A DNA stretch of 16,004 nucleotides from Pundamilia nyererei (GCF_000239375.1 NW_005187640.1:831579-847582); one strand, 5' to 3'. Numbered from the stretch's first letter, positions 1 to 9,994 are shown. Numbers and translations: made by a program. Notes: a model not told the origin generated them from the letters alone.

Positions 1-401
1 TCTTCAAGCAACTTAAAGAAGTCCAGACGCTTTTCTTTGCAAGCTCCTTTGACTACGATGACCTGGATGACTGAGAACCTTCACAGACATTGGAAGTGGA
101 TCTTTAACTTATTTCCAGTACCTAATTTCACTCTGTCACTATTCTATGGTTAGTAATGCTTTGGTTGAAGCTTCAGGCATGGTTATATTTCTACCAGCTG
201 AACAGTAACCGCGAGTGGCCTGAGGGGAAGAACAAATGAGTTAACACTAATCTGCATCAGTATGACTGCTGACTTAGAAACTGTGAAGAGCAAAATATTT
301 TAACTTTATTTTAATTTGCAGTCTCTGGCTTTTTGACCTGATTAAAGAGTTACAGCACAACACCGTTAGACAATAATGATAATGCCGTTGTTTTAACACA
401 G

Positions 402-482
402 GCGACTCTCCTGGGAAATCTGAGTGGTCAGGAGCTCAAAACAATGGTGTCAACCAGCGAGCTGCAGAAAACAAAGGGCACA
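402..482 (+). CDS. Candidate upstream exon of the PARP4-like gene. AG acceptor at 400-401 (ttttaacacag|GCG), donor GTAAGA at 483. 81 nt, phase 0/0, reads ATLLGNLSGQELKTMVSTSELQKTKGT.
   Basis: Open 27-codon frame bounded by a pyrimidine-rich tract+AG and a strong GTAAGA donor. Joins in frame to the next candidate exon. No independent homology recognised. Confidence 0.3.
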
Positions 483-607
483 GTAAGAACGCACACTGAC
501 ACTCAACAGTATGTATGAGCATACATCTCACTTGTTAAACCTGCAATCCTCGCGCAGGCTGACTGCCATCACAGGACAGTGAGGTAATTGTTATGTCATG
601 TGTTTAG

Positions 608-688
608 TTTCTTCACAAGCTCACCGCGAGGGCCGTCATCAGGGATTATGAAGACGGGAACCTGGACACCAGTGAGGCTGAACACGAG
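608..688 (+). CDS. Candidate exon of the PARP4-like gene (..LTARAVIRDYEDGNLDTSEAEHE). Acceptor AG at 606-607 or 618-619, donor GT at 689-690. Phase 0 end joins in frame to exon at 4213 (..EAEHE|GKKAELKSF..).
   Basis: Splice-site consensus on both sides. Frame continuity with the confidently called downstream exons. The motif ARAVIRDYEDG resembles the region following the vWA domain in PARP4/VWA5A/ITIH-type proteins (from memory, unverified). Confidence 0.4.
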
Positions 689-999
689 GTACTGTGCAGA
701 TAAGTGAGACCAAAGATTGAAATTTACAGTAGTTGTTGTTTTAGTGATATATATATTTTATTGTTCTTCAAATTTTTCTTCCAGTTCAGTTTAGTTTCAA
801 AATCCTTATTACAATAAATACAGCTGTGGTCAAAGGTTTACTCATCATGGACATTATGTTCGTACTACATTGTGAACTGTTAATCATTTCTTATAGCATA
901 TTTTAGTGATGCTGTAAAATGATGTCATGCTTATCTTTACCAGCCTATAAAGTTGTGTTTGATAGCACTGATTAGATTGACCAGTAGAAGAACAGAAAA

Positions 1000-1235
1000 G
1001 AACTCAGTGAAGAAGAATTGTAGATTTGGACACATTGGGAAGGTCTCTTGCAGCCATTTCTAAACAACTACAGATTCCAACATCATCAGTTCAGGTGAAC
1101 ATTATTATTCAGATGTGTCACGACTCTGCCAAGGTCTGGAAGAAGACACAACCCCTCAGATGAGAGGACGTTTGTAAGGATGTTCAGGAACGACCCAACA
1201 AAGCTCCAGCCTGCCATAAACTGGAAATGATATCC
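1000..1235 (+). mobile_element. Degenerate Tc1/mariner-like transposase relic (N-terminal HTH region), frameshifted pseudogene.
   Basis: Translated fragments ISKQLQIPTSSVQ (cf. Tc1 ISKQLQIPRSTVQ) and LPRSGRRHNPSDERTFVRMFRNDPTKLQPAINW (cf. LPRSGRPRKLSPRAERRLVREVKKNPRTTAKDLQKDL) lie in different frames with stops. Confidence 0.5.
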
Positions 1236-1766
1236 GATTCAGTAATTTAGGTCAGAATCGGACCGATACTGTATATTGGATTGGTCCCTAGTAGAACGTA
1301 CATATATTTGTTTAGAAATGTAGAGAGTTAAAGTAAAAAGCAGTCAGAAAATAAACTACTGATAAACTAGTACTTAGAGCAGGGCGATATGACCAAAAAT
1401 ATTTATCACCATATACGTTTGAAAATTTGCGATAACGATATAACTGACGATATAATTGACACTAGAGAAAACACTTTACAACTCCACAACTTTATTAGTG
1501 CAAAAAAACCCATCAATGTATTTTCACTTAAACAAGCAGCTGTTTTTTATCTGCATTAAAGTTATATAAACATGTAACAGTGCAAACTCCTGTCTGACAG
1601 TTTAACCAAAAGGCGTTTCTAGTGGAAACTGGCCGACACATCCTCAGCATAACCATGTATAACATCCACTGAACTTAAAAAGAGGTTAAACACACACAGT
1701 ATGGTAACATTATGTTGAAGCACAGTACACATCACTCCGCGAGGCTCCGCCTACGATAGCCGTAAT

Positions 1767-1774
1767 GCTCCGAC
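1767..1774. repeat. 5' copy of the 8-bp target-site duplication GCTCCGAC flanking the hAT element.
   Basis: Exact 8-mer GCTCCGAC lies immediately before the TIR at 1775 and again immediately after the TIR end at 3258-3265. Confidence 0.8.
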
Positions 1775-2114
1775 CAGTGTTGCCAACTTAGCGACTTTGT
1801 CACAGTTTTCAGACCCCCTTAGCGACTTTTTTTCTAAAAAGTGACTAGCGACAAATCTGGTGACTGTTTCTGTTGTTATTGGAGACTTATTTATGACAAC
1901 AGATGATGTGCAGATCGATCCTGAAATATCGATTCCTCCGATACCAATCGTTTATGTTCTAGAATCGATTCTCACATTAAAATATCGATATTTTAGTACT
2001 TTAGAGTAAATTTGTAGTTTATCATTAACAGTAACACAGTGGAAAGAAACTATAACATTTGGATTGTCTATGTTTGGAAGGAACTATTTTCCCTTCCGCC
2101 TTTCATAGTCATGT

Positions 2115-2375
2115 GTGAAACACGGCTGTATAAATGTGTTGCAGCCGCTGGCGTGCGCACTCACAACAATGGCTGAGCGTAAACAGAGTCATGTGTGGAC
2201 GTATTTTACCTCCACAAACAGCCAAGACGTGGTTTGCGATACATGTGGCAAAAAAGTGAAGTGTTGTGGCAACAGCACTAACCTCGTCAAACACCTCAGA
2301 GTAAATCATATCACAGAATATGACGAGCGTATGTTGAGGAGAACTGAAGAGGAGGACAGGGACAGGTGCTGCTAG
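2115..2375 (+). pseudogene. Truncated hAT transposase N-terminus: BED-type zinc finger (SHVWTYF..CDTCGKKVKCCGNSTNLVKHLRVNH). No dimerisation or catalytic part is present.
   Basis: 86-aa ORF with the BED-finger pattern (W..F.., C-x2-C, then H-x4-H after NL.KHL). It lies inside the TIR-bounded element, and the rest of a transposase is absent. Confidence 0.65.
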
Positions 2376-2916
2376 GGCGACACAGACGTCTCTCACGGAG
2401 TCCTTTAGTGCTGCAGACAGGCAACGTGTTCAAATAGGCACAACTTCAGTTTTTTATTTCTATATGATGAACTCTGCATTATTAAGTGATAAGAACAAGT
2501 AATCTGATGTAATCATGATGACGCTATAATTTGAGATACTTTGTACAAAAACTTATTTTATTTATTGTATCGGATCAGTATCGTCGATACCACCCTGAAT
2601 ATTACTTGGTATCGGATCGGAAAGGAAATCAGTGGCATCGCACATCACTAATGACCACTTTTTGACGTGAAAGCGCGTATCGCTCTTCTCAACAAGCAGC
2701 GATGCTGCCGTGGGCACCTCGCCCATACCAAAGCGCTCACGGGCGGAGGATAGTGCTCCCCCCGCTGCTATCAGGGCAGGAGACGTTCACACCTGTGCGT
2801 CCAAACTACAAATGAATCGCGCATGAGCGAAGCCGCTGCTCCCGCACTGACTGTAACGCAGTCGGTTCTTCTTTTATTGTTATGCTGTTTTGTGGATCAG
2901 GTTTAAAACTACTTAT

Positions 2917-2918
<2 letters not shown>

Positions 2919-2952
<34 letters not shown>
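2919..2952. repeat. (AC)16 dinucleotide microsatellite inside the hAT element.
   Basis: Directly visible perfect AC run. Confidence 0.95.
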
Positions 2953-3257
2953 TAACTCCACCAGAGCGCCTATCTTGGGTCACTTGCCGGTCCAAGCCCG
3001 GGTAAAGGAGCAGGGTTGGAATTGTGACATTAAAAAAACAATAATTGCTAAAAGAAATTTAATCTGTAGTTCTAAATAAATTTTTGGGAGGACATTTTTT
3101 ACTCACTTTATGTCCACGATGTTATTTTTCTCTCCAACACCGTAGGTTACAATTACATTAGCATTATGCAAATTAAGCGATGACGTCATTTGGCAACTTC
3201 TAGCGACTTTTAGGACAGCCAATAACGATTTTCCTTACTGAGGAGTTGGCAACACTG

Positions 3258-3265
3258 GCTCCGAC
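3258..3265. repeat. 3' copy of the 8-bp target-site duplication GCTCCGAC.
   Basis: Identical to 1767-1774. Reconstructed empty site would read aatGCTCCGACaatcc. Confidence 0.8.
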
Positions 3266-3879
3266 AATCCATCAAGCGGTGCGGCTTCGTAGCTTAGCAA
3301 AGTCGCACTAAAACATCTGACAGATTTTCGAGCGCCGTGCACATAAACTCGTTTCGAGGTCAGTAAACACAACCAGAGTTCATACATGAGGCACACGGGG
3401 TTATAAGGGGCTCTGTCGACTTTCAGAAAAATCAAAGGATGATTTTAAGTGCGCCGTGTTTTCCAAACAACACGGTAATAACGACGGCCCGCTAGCATGC
3501 GCTACCAAAAATAGTGCTTTGTTGTGTGTCTGAGGGACGAAAGCCAAACCAGTTCAACCACTGAAGCTGCAGCATTTTTACAAACCAGTTCAGCTTCATC
3601 TGTTTCAATCAACGATCCACTTTCGCTCTTCTCATTCTCTGTCACCATCATGCTTTTTCCGCCATGTGCGTATGAAAACAAAGGCACTGCGCATGCGCGT
3701 TTTACCCGTATTCTATCACCATATTTCATTTTCCTATCATTGCCCAACATTACACCGGTGTTACCATGAACGGTATATGTCCAGCCCTACTAGTACTGAT
3801 ACCTAAAAACCGTACTTCATTACAGTAACAAAGTATTTGTACTTGCTTCTTACTTACTTCCCACCTTAGGGGGATATTA

Positions 3880-4200
3880 TTACATGACAGATCAGCCGGT
3901 ACTTGGCCATGGACCCACCAGGTGCCTGTCATGGTCCTGTCAGGAATAAGGCAGCCTTTATAAGTGGCTGTATCTGTACAACAGCTTATCTCTGGCCTAA
4001 ATGATGTCAAGCAGCAGGACAATGATCCCATTCGTTCCCACTGCTGTCCAAACTGACAGGAGTTAGCTTAGGCTCTCTAGTTAACAGTGCTGGGATTGTT
4101 TAACAATACATTCCTCATGGATATCTTCAGAGGTGACTACAGGCTGATTGTTAGCATACCTGGGTGGGCTGTGAGGGAGAAACTCTGGAAACTGACTTTT
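3880..4200 (+). mobile_element. Degenerate Tc1/mariner-like transposase relic (catalytic DDE region). Translated QQDNDPIRSHCCP corresponds to the Tc1 FQQDNDPKHTSK motif.
   Basis: In-frame QQDNDP at ~4011-4030 followed by W..ENLWKL-like residues. Broken by stops. Probably the same or a related Tc1 copy as at 1000-1235, disrupted by later insertions. Confidence 0.4.
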
Positions 4201-4212
4201 TTACTTTTACAG

Positions 4213-4308
4213 GGTAAGAAAGCAGAGTTGAAGTCCTTCATCATCGAGTTAAGCAAAGAGTTTTCCATCCTGTCTCAGTTTACCAGCTTCGTGGCCATTG
4301 AGGAACGG
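4213..4308 (+). CDS. PARP4: PARP4-like exon: GKKAELKSFIIELSKEFSILSQFTSFVAIEER. Acceptor AG 4211-4212, donor GT 4309-4310, phase 0/0.
   Basis: Open frame between consensus splice sites. The ..SQFTSFVAIEER motif is characteristic of the post-vWA segment of PARP4/VWA5A-family proteins. Frame-consistent with downstream exons. Confidence 0.6.
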
Positions 4309-4401
4309 GTTTGTCAAATCAGCCTTTTTTCACATTTACAGCTTGTTTTCCATTCTTTTAGCTTTTTTATCAAATATTTATTTAACTGATCTTATTTTTA
4401 G

Positions 4402-4533
4402 GACTCAGAGCAACCACAGCCTGGTTTTACAGACATCCCCAAGCTGATTGCAGAGGAAGATGTGGACTTCCTTCCCTACATTAACTGGATTTCTCCCGAG
4501 GATGATGAAGACCTAATAGAGGAAGAGTCTTCG
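4402..4533 (+). CDS. PARP4: PARP4-like exon (44 codons): DSEQPQPGFTDIPKLIAEEDVDFLPYINWISPEDDEDLIEEESS. Acceptor AG 4400-4401, donor GTATGA 4534.
   Basis: Open frame, polypyrimidine tract + AG upstream, GT donor, phase 0/0 continuity. Confidence 0.6.
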
Positions 4534-4764
4534 GTATGAATTTTTTAAACTGTTGTTCATACATGACTAGTCCTCATGCGCATAAACTGGAGCTGTAGTT
4601 TTGCCAAAGATTTTGTTTCAGCGGCCGAGGGAGCAACACATCTGTGTTCCTGTGCTTTACTAAACATGTGATCATCATGTCATTGATCGCACTGACTGTA
4701 TTGCTGCTGCAATCTTCACAAATGCTGACGTTTATGATTTCATGCTTTTGTCTTCCTGCTGCAG

Positions 4765-4815
4765 GAGGAGGAGGATTGTGTCTTTGGTTTGTTTGACACT
4801 TGTGGTTCCTTCACG
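4765..4815 (+). CDS. PARP4: PARP4-like micro-exon (17 codons): EEEDCVFGLFDTCGSFT. Acceptor ctgctgcag|, donor GTTAGT.
   Basis: Strong acceptor (tcttcctgctgcag), GT donor, phase 0/0. Confidence 0.55.
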
Positions 4816-5123
4816 GTTAGTCCCCTTACACTAAGACGCTGATGCTGCACATTCAGTGAAACAAATTCAAGAACTTTAACAAATATGTGGAACAATAATT
4901 CAGTTCAATTTCAGAAATATCTAAATGGCATGTAGCAGATGTCCCGCAGTGCAACAAACTATGTGATTCTTTTGTTGAGTTAATGTTGATGTAGAACTTT
5001 TCTTATATTGTGAAACCTGACAAAAGACATTACCAACAGTATTTCTGACAGAATTCATCTCAACACATTTAGAGGTTTGTAGAGTCGGAGTTTAAATTTC
5101 TGCTTATTTTTCTCCTTTCATAG

Positions 5124-6742
5124 AGTCCCGACTACTCTCCTCCAGCTCCACCTACTTCTTCTTTTAAGGAGCTTGCTTCAGACGATGTTCCCCACCTTTC
5201 TTCTCCTGGACACCCGGCTCCCCCTCCGCCTCCTTCTTTTATGAAGCCTGCTTTTATGAAGCCTGCTTTTATGAAGCTTGCTTCAGACGATGTTCTCGAC
5301 CTTTCTTCTCCTGGACACTCGGCTCCCCCTCCGCCTCCTTCTTTTATGAAGCCTGCTTTTATGAAGCCTGCTTTTATGAAGCCTGCTTTTATGAAGCTTG
5401 CTTCAGACGATGTTCCCCACCTTTCTTCTCCTGGACACTCGGCTCCCCCTCCGCCTCCTCCTTTTATGAAGCGTGCTTCAGACGATGTTCCCCACCTTTC
5501 TTTTCTTGGACACTCGGCTCCACCTCCACGTTATTTATTTATGAGGCCTGCTTCAGAGGGTGTTCCCCATCTTTCTTTTTCTAGACCCCCACCTCCACCT
5601 TCTTTTATGAGGCCTGCTTCAGACGATGTTCCCCACCTTTCTTTTCTTAGACACTCGGCTCCACCTCCACGTGTTTCAGGACATATTCCACAAGGACCGT
5701 CCAGACCTTTTTCATTTTGTGGTTACTCTCCTCGTAGTCAATCCATGGATTCATTTTCATTTGGCATTTCATCATCATCAGACAGTCAGGCAGTGAAGGA
5801 CATCGATATTCCAATTCCGAGCTGTAGCACTCAGATTAGCAGGTCATCACTCCACACTCAAGCTTACACTTCAGCGATGAGTAATCAGGTACAGAGTGCA
5901 CTTGATTCTGTGTCTGATGAGGAAGAACAGAGTTCATCTGAGTATGTTGAAGGCGTTTCTTACAGGGCCTGTAAAAAGCCTGTAAAATACAAAGACGGAG
6001 CAGCAGCCAGCCGTCTGTCTTTCCTCCCAGATTCTTGTAGTTCTTTCTTTAAAGTCAGAGAACAACTTCGTGAGACGTCAGCTCCAGCGGATTTAGAGCA
6101 CCAAGCAAAACCTCACCTCCCAATATATGGTCAGGTAGGGAAAAGAGCCGAGTTTAAGAGTAAAGTCTTTCCTGAGAAGTCCTATTTGCCTCCCAAATTT
6201 TGCGGCCCCAGCATATATGGGAGTCCTAACATTGCTCCTGCAGCAGTACCGTCTCAGATGGTTGTTGAATCTGATGAAACAGCTCCTCTGTTTGTTGCAC
6301 AGACTGCCAGAGACAGAGAGCCGTCTTTTGGGTCAGCTAAGTTTACTACCAGTGGCTTTCACTTAGGTAGGTTCGGTAGCTCAAGCTCCACCTATGGTGG
6401 TGCTCCGGGATCTACAGTGGTTCCTGTGACGTCAGCTCCATCAGATTTAGAGCACCAACCAAAACCTGACTTGTGCTTATCATCATTAAGCTGTTATTTA
6501 CCTCCCACCCGTTCCGACAATGATGTTCCTGTAGGCCCTGCAGGGGCTCCTGAGAAGGCCGCTCGGCTTCATCTCAGAGGAATGGCTCCCTCTTATCGTT
6601 CACGCAAAGTTACGAGTGCATCACAACCTCACCATGAACTTGAAGCTCAGAGCAATGTTCGACAAAGAACGCCCATCATAGCTTTCGTCGCTGGCCATCA
6701 GGATCTCCCGACTAACCCTGTCCTGCGTCATCGGTCAGCTGT
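5124..6742 (+). CDS. PARP4: Large PARP4-like exon (1619 nt). Encodes a proline-rich, low-complexity, tandemly repeated linker followed by Ser-rich unique sequence. It does not end at the in-frame TGA 6744: a consensus donor GTGAGT at 6743 splices it onward.
   Basis: Acceptor tttctcctttcatag| at 5122-5123. One uninterrupted frame of 539 codons. Donor G|GTGAGT at 6743 precedes the stop and gives in-frame continuation into exon 6832. Confidence 0.65.
5160..5690 (+). repeat. In-frame coding tandem repeat. About 7 units of ~75 nt (FMK LASDDVPHLSSPGHSAPPPPP S/P), with a nested 15-nt repeat TTTATGAAGCCTGCT (FMKPA) present in 2 and 3 tandem copies.
   Basis: Direct inspection: repeated tttatgaagcttgcttcagacgatgttccccacctttcttctcctggacactcggctccccctccgcctcc units with decaying identity toward 5690. 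Confidence 0.9.
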
Positions 6743-6831
6743 GTGAGTCTCTGAACATTTCTACACACATTCTGTTTGTTAACTATGAGAAGTGTTTGTC
6801 TAACAGGTGGAAATGACTGTATGTTAACCAG

Positions 6832-6901
6832 GCTGAATGCAGCAGAATCTCCTGAAGCGCTGAAGCTCAAATGGATGAAGATCTTCCAGATGCAACATTC
6901 A
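6832..6901 (+). CDS. PARP4: PARP4-like exon: (V)LNAAESPEALKLKWMKIFQMQHS. Acceptor ttaaccag| at 6830-6831, donor GTGAGC at 6902. First nt completes the GT| codon from the previous exon.
   Basis: This is the only acceptor/phase combination that stays open across the junction. The alternatives at 6807 hit stops. Confidence 0.5.
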
Positions 6902-8186
6902 GTGAGCTTTTCGTGGTTTTATAGTCTTGGGTTCACTTAAGCAAACATAGCTGTTTATCACTCGGACAAAGCAACAGCTTCCTTTGGCTCTCTGACAGGT
7001 TAAAACTGCGAAGGAAGCGTAATTTTTTTACTGAATCACTTGTTAACATCTGTTTTATTTCTATGGGACTTGTCATTGTTAGAGTCATGGGTGGGTGGAG
7101 CCTATTCCAGCTGTCATGGGGCGAAAGGCGGAGTAGACCCTGGAGAGACTGCTAGTGTATTGCAAGGCTAACACAGAGAATTTAACCTCCTAGGACCTGG
7201 CGTCCACATGTGGACATCATATTCTGGGTTGTCTAAACCAAAATACAAAATTTTGGTAAAAACAAAGAATCACATAATTCTTTGTTTTTACATTCATCAG
7301 GTTCAATCAGCCCAAATAACGAGAAGAGAAAATGCCGTGTAAGAGTTCGGGTCTTACGAGGTTAAACATAACTGTCAGGTTAGGCTCAGACTAGGGTTTT
7401 AGTCTATGTGATATATTAACAGCAAACATCCGTTGTTTTGAAACTTTAAGCTGCATTTCAGAGTTTTATGATAGGAACATATAAAGAAAGCTTCCAGTGA
7501 TGCCCCTCTGCCTCCTTGTAGACACACCTGTCGTATCAATTTGAAAATTCTACCTCAACTCGTCACATTCACAAGATTTCCAGAAAACTTGACCTCCAAC
7601 CTTTACCTTAAACTAAAGGCCACTGGTATTCAAACTGGTCTGAGGTTTGTAGTGGCTGCACCTGTTTTTGAGTTACTGCATTCACAAGCTCAAGTGTCCA
7701 TGCTGCCCACCTGCCCAGCAGGGTGGAGACGGTACCCCTCCATCTTTTACAGCCAAGGGGTGAAAATCATTTTGACGCAGAAAGAATCGCAGCTAATGAT
7801 GAGTCTGGGATCATAATGGGGATATAAACAAGACCTTGCTATCACGTTTACCCAGAATGCAGTTTTTCAAATGGTATCCAGTTAATTATCAGAAAACAGA
7901 TAAAACAGCCACGCTTCTGTCAATCTACATCACAGATATTAAACTGGTAATATATGTCATGACAGTGATGCTCAAAGTTGGTCATAGAGTTAAAAGTGTT
8001 TTATCGTAGTGAACGTTTCATGTGGTTAGCTCCTGTGCTTTGGTAGTTAGCAAGGCTCAAAAAAGCTGGACAGAATTCTTAAAATGACCAAGGACAGAAC
8101 TGTAACCCACACCTTTGCACTCTGAGTGCATGCAAAAATGTAAACGTCACTTTGATATAATGGCGTTATTTTTATGCGTGTTGTAG

Positions 8187-8289
8187 GAAGGGTACTGGGA
8201 ACTAACCACAGAGCTGGGGGAACTACTTAATGTCAACGTGGACCTGTTTGCCAACGTGTTCCTGAAGAACAAAGGCATCCATTCTCTCG
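8187..8289 (+). CDS. PARP4: PARP4-like exon: EGYWELTTELGELLNVNVDLFANVFLKNKGIHSL(G). Acceptor ttgtag| at 8185-8186, donor GTGAGA at 8290. Ends in phase 1.
   Basis: Strong similarity to the human PARP4 C-terminal segment ..GSWKLTPELGLILNLNTNGLHSFLKQKGIQSLG.. (recalled from memory). Consensus splice sites. Confidence 0.7.
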
Positions 8290-9424
8290 GTGAGAGCTCG
8301 TTCAATTCTGATCTGGAGGTTTTATGAAAGTTAACATGTATGTACGCTTACTTGGGATCGTGTTAACAATGCATATAAAATGTGACTCACATCCACCAAG
8401 GTCTTTAAGGTCAACTTAAGATTTATTGGTGGAAAATTGACAAAAAGTCTCGAATCACTTAGAAACTGCAGTTCTTACACGTGTGTTTTGTTAAAGTACA
8501 TAAAGTGCCATATAAAGATTTACAGCATCAGGTTACATTTGAGGTCTGACCTAAGTAGTACTAAACAGTAAAAAGAAATGACGCATATCCAGTATATCCA
8601 CATAAATAAAACCTAATTCTTTGCATTTGTTTTCATGGCACTTCTTAAAGTTTACAAAGAACAGGAAACAAAGTGGTTCCCAACAAAAGCCGATGCTGGT
8701 CCTTTAAAACAAGCCCAGAGACTGATGGGTGGACAGATTTGTGCTCTGAGTGCTTCTTGTTTTTCAAGTTATTGTAAGTTTACTTAGTTTTATAATTATT
8801 ATGAGCTCACACTTAACACTTTACCTCGATGTCTGTAAGAAAGGTTTCGCAATAACCATTTTATACCAACACGTTCTCACTCACAAAGCACAACATTCTG
8901 CGCTAAATGACAAATCATCGATATATTACGCTTCCGATCACTCAACACGTCCCTATATTACAAGATCGGAAAAATGAGGAAACACGAGAACCATTTGGAA
9001 TGAATCTACACGTTTGTTTTACTCGCTTTGGAAAACACGATCCAACATCATTGAAGTGCTGGTTATGGTTTGGGATCAGGCTAGGGCTGGAATAACGCGG
9101 TGCGTAGCACAAGAACACGGAGGGTCTCCTGTCACATTCCTCAGGAACGTCCGGGACTCGGAAGTGAGAACGGGCTGTTTATATGCAGTTTTCTAGGAGC
9201 TCAGCTGTTAATTAACCTTATTTTTCATTATTTCTTTAACAAAATCAGGCACATGTTAAACCTGTAGATTACTCCCCAGCGCGACGTCTAAATGGGCAGC
9301 TGTTGTTTGAGATTGATTCATTATGTTGATTCTGTTCGTCTGGACGTTGCGTCTGGAACACTTCGGTTATAAAAGGACCATTTTGTGATTTCCTTTGGGA
9401 TCTTTTTTGCATGTGTGTTTGAAG

Positions 9425-9557
9425 GCGTGACAGCCCACAAAGATATCCTGAGGCTGGTGGCGACTCTTCTGGTTCTGCAGCTGATGAAAGCGAACAAACT
9501 GGAAGAAGGCAAACTGCTCCGCACCCTGTTCTGTCTGGAAGAAGCTTCTCAGTCCAG
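9425..9557 (+). CDS. PARP4: PARP4-like exon: (G)VTAHKDILRLVATLLVLQLMKANKLEEGKLLRTLFCLEEASQS(R). Acceptor tttgaag| at 9423-9424, donor GTCTGT at 9558.
   Basis: Matches human PARP4 ..VKGRECLLDLIATMLVLQFIRTRLEKEGIVFKSLMKMDDPSISR.. Phase 1 in / phase 2 out, consistent with flanking exons. Confidence 0.7.
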
Positions 9558-9786
9558 GTCTGTCCAACACAGGATGCACAACAGCTTAGAGTAAAATTTC
9601 TCTGCAGTTGTTACAAATCAGCTGAAATTAAGCTTGAAAAACATTTTGTACAAAATGTGATTTGATATATTAATGAAGCTTATTTCACTATGCCTTGCAT
9701 GACTTTAGAAATGCAGGTCTGGAAATATTTGCACCACGATGGTTTTAACAAGGTTGTTCACTACTGTGACTGTCTTTTTCATTCAG

Positions 9787-9994
9787 GCCTGAACGATGGG
9801 AGCAGGTGAAGAAGGCGGTGGACTGGGTTTGCTGGGCTGACCGACAGTACCCCTGTGTCTATTGTCGGCTAGAGTTTGGTTTGAGCTGGGAGTCCGCCAC
9901 CCGTCAGCTACTGGGTTATGAAAGCCTCCCTCCCTTCTCGCCTCTCTGTGGTCTTGATCTACAGAGGACAACGGCCCCAGTACTGGTCCAGTGA
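9787..9994 (+). CDS. PARP4: Terminal coding exon of the PARP4-like gene: ..PERWEQVKKAVDWVCWADRQYPCVYCRLEFGLSWESATRQLLGYESLPPFSPLCGLDLQRTTAPVLVQ*. Stop TGA at 9992-9994.
   Basis: Acceptor ttttcattcag| at 9785-9786. Matches the human PARP4 C-terminus ..AIKQASEWVRRTEGQYPSICPRLELGNDWDSATKQLLGLQPISTVSPLHRVLHYSQG* (the major-vault-protein-interaction region). Confidence 0.75.

Larger units (their letters stand above)
1775..3257 (+). mobile_element. Non-autonomous hAT-superfamily DNA transposon (1483 bp). Terminal inverted repeats CAGTGTTGCCAAC (1775-1787) / GTTGGCAACACTG (3245-3257), subterminal TAGCGAC motifs. Nested inside an intron and inside the older Tc1 relic.
   Basis: Perfect 13-bp inverted termini. 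Perfect 8-bp TSD, the length diagnostic of hAT. Repeated subterminal TAGCGACTTT motifs at both ends (1788-1850 and 3198-3212). An internal BED zinc-finger coding fragment typical of hAT transposase N-termini. Confidence 0.8.

Noticed and set aside
1-120. Possible additional PARP4 exon at the very start of the window (FKQLKEVQTLFFASSFDYDDLDD)
   Set aside because: The open frame ends in a stop with no GT donor before it. Other frames lack convincing splice sites. It may be real but truncated by the window edge, and I cannot support it.
2109-2396. 95-aa minus-strand ORF overlapping the BED-finger ORF
   Set aside because: Antisense shadow of the + strand BED zinc-finger ORF. No recognisable motif. 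The + strand reading has a clear domain signature.
5160-5690. Regular direct repeats that might superficially suggest a CRISPR-like array
   Set aside because: The repeats are in-frame coding tandem duplications inside a spliced eukaryotic exon. There are no unique spacers, and the context is a vertebrate gene.
6807-6831. Upstream acceptor taacag| for the exon after the large repeat exon
   Set aside because: Every phase from this acceptor hits an immediate stop (..TGG AAA TGA / ..ATG TTA A..). Acceptor at 6830-6831 keeps the frame open.
7130-7860. Unclassified intronic sequence with a 91-aa ORF (7541..7816)
   Set aside because: No recognisable protein motif or repeat boundaries. Likely intronic noise or an unidentified interspersed repeat. 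Insufficient evidence to call.
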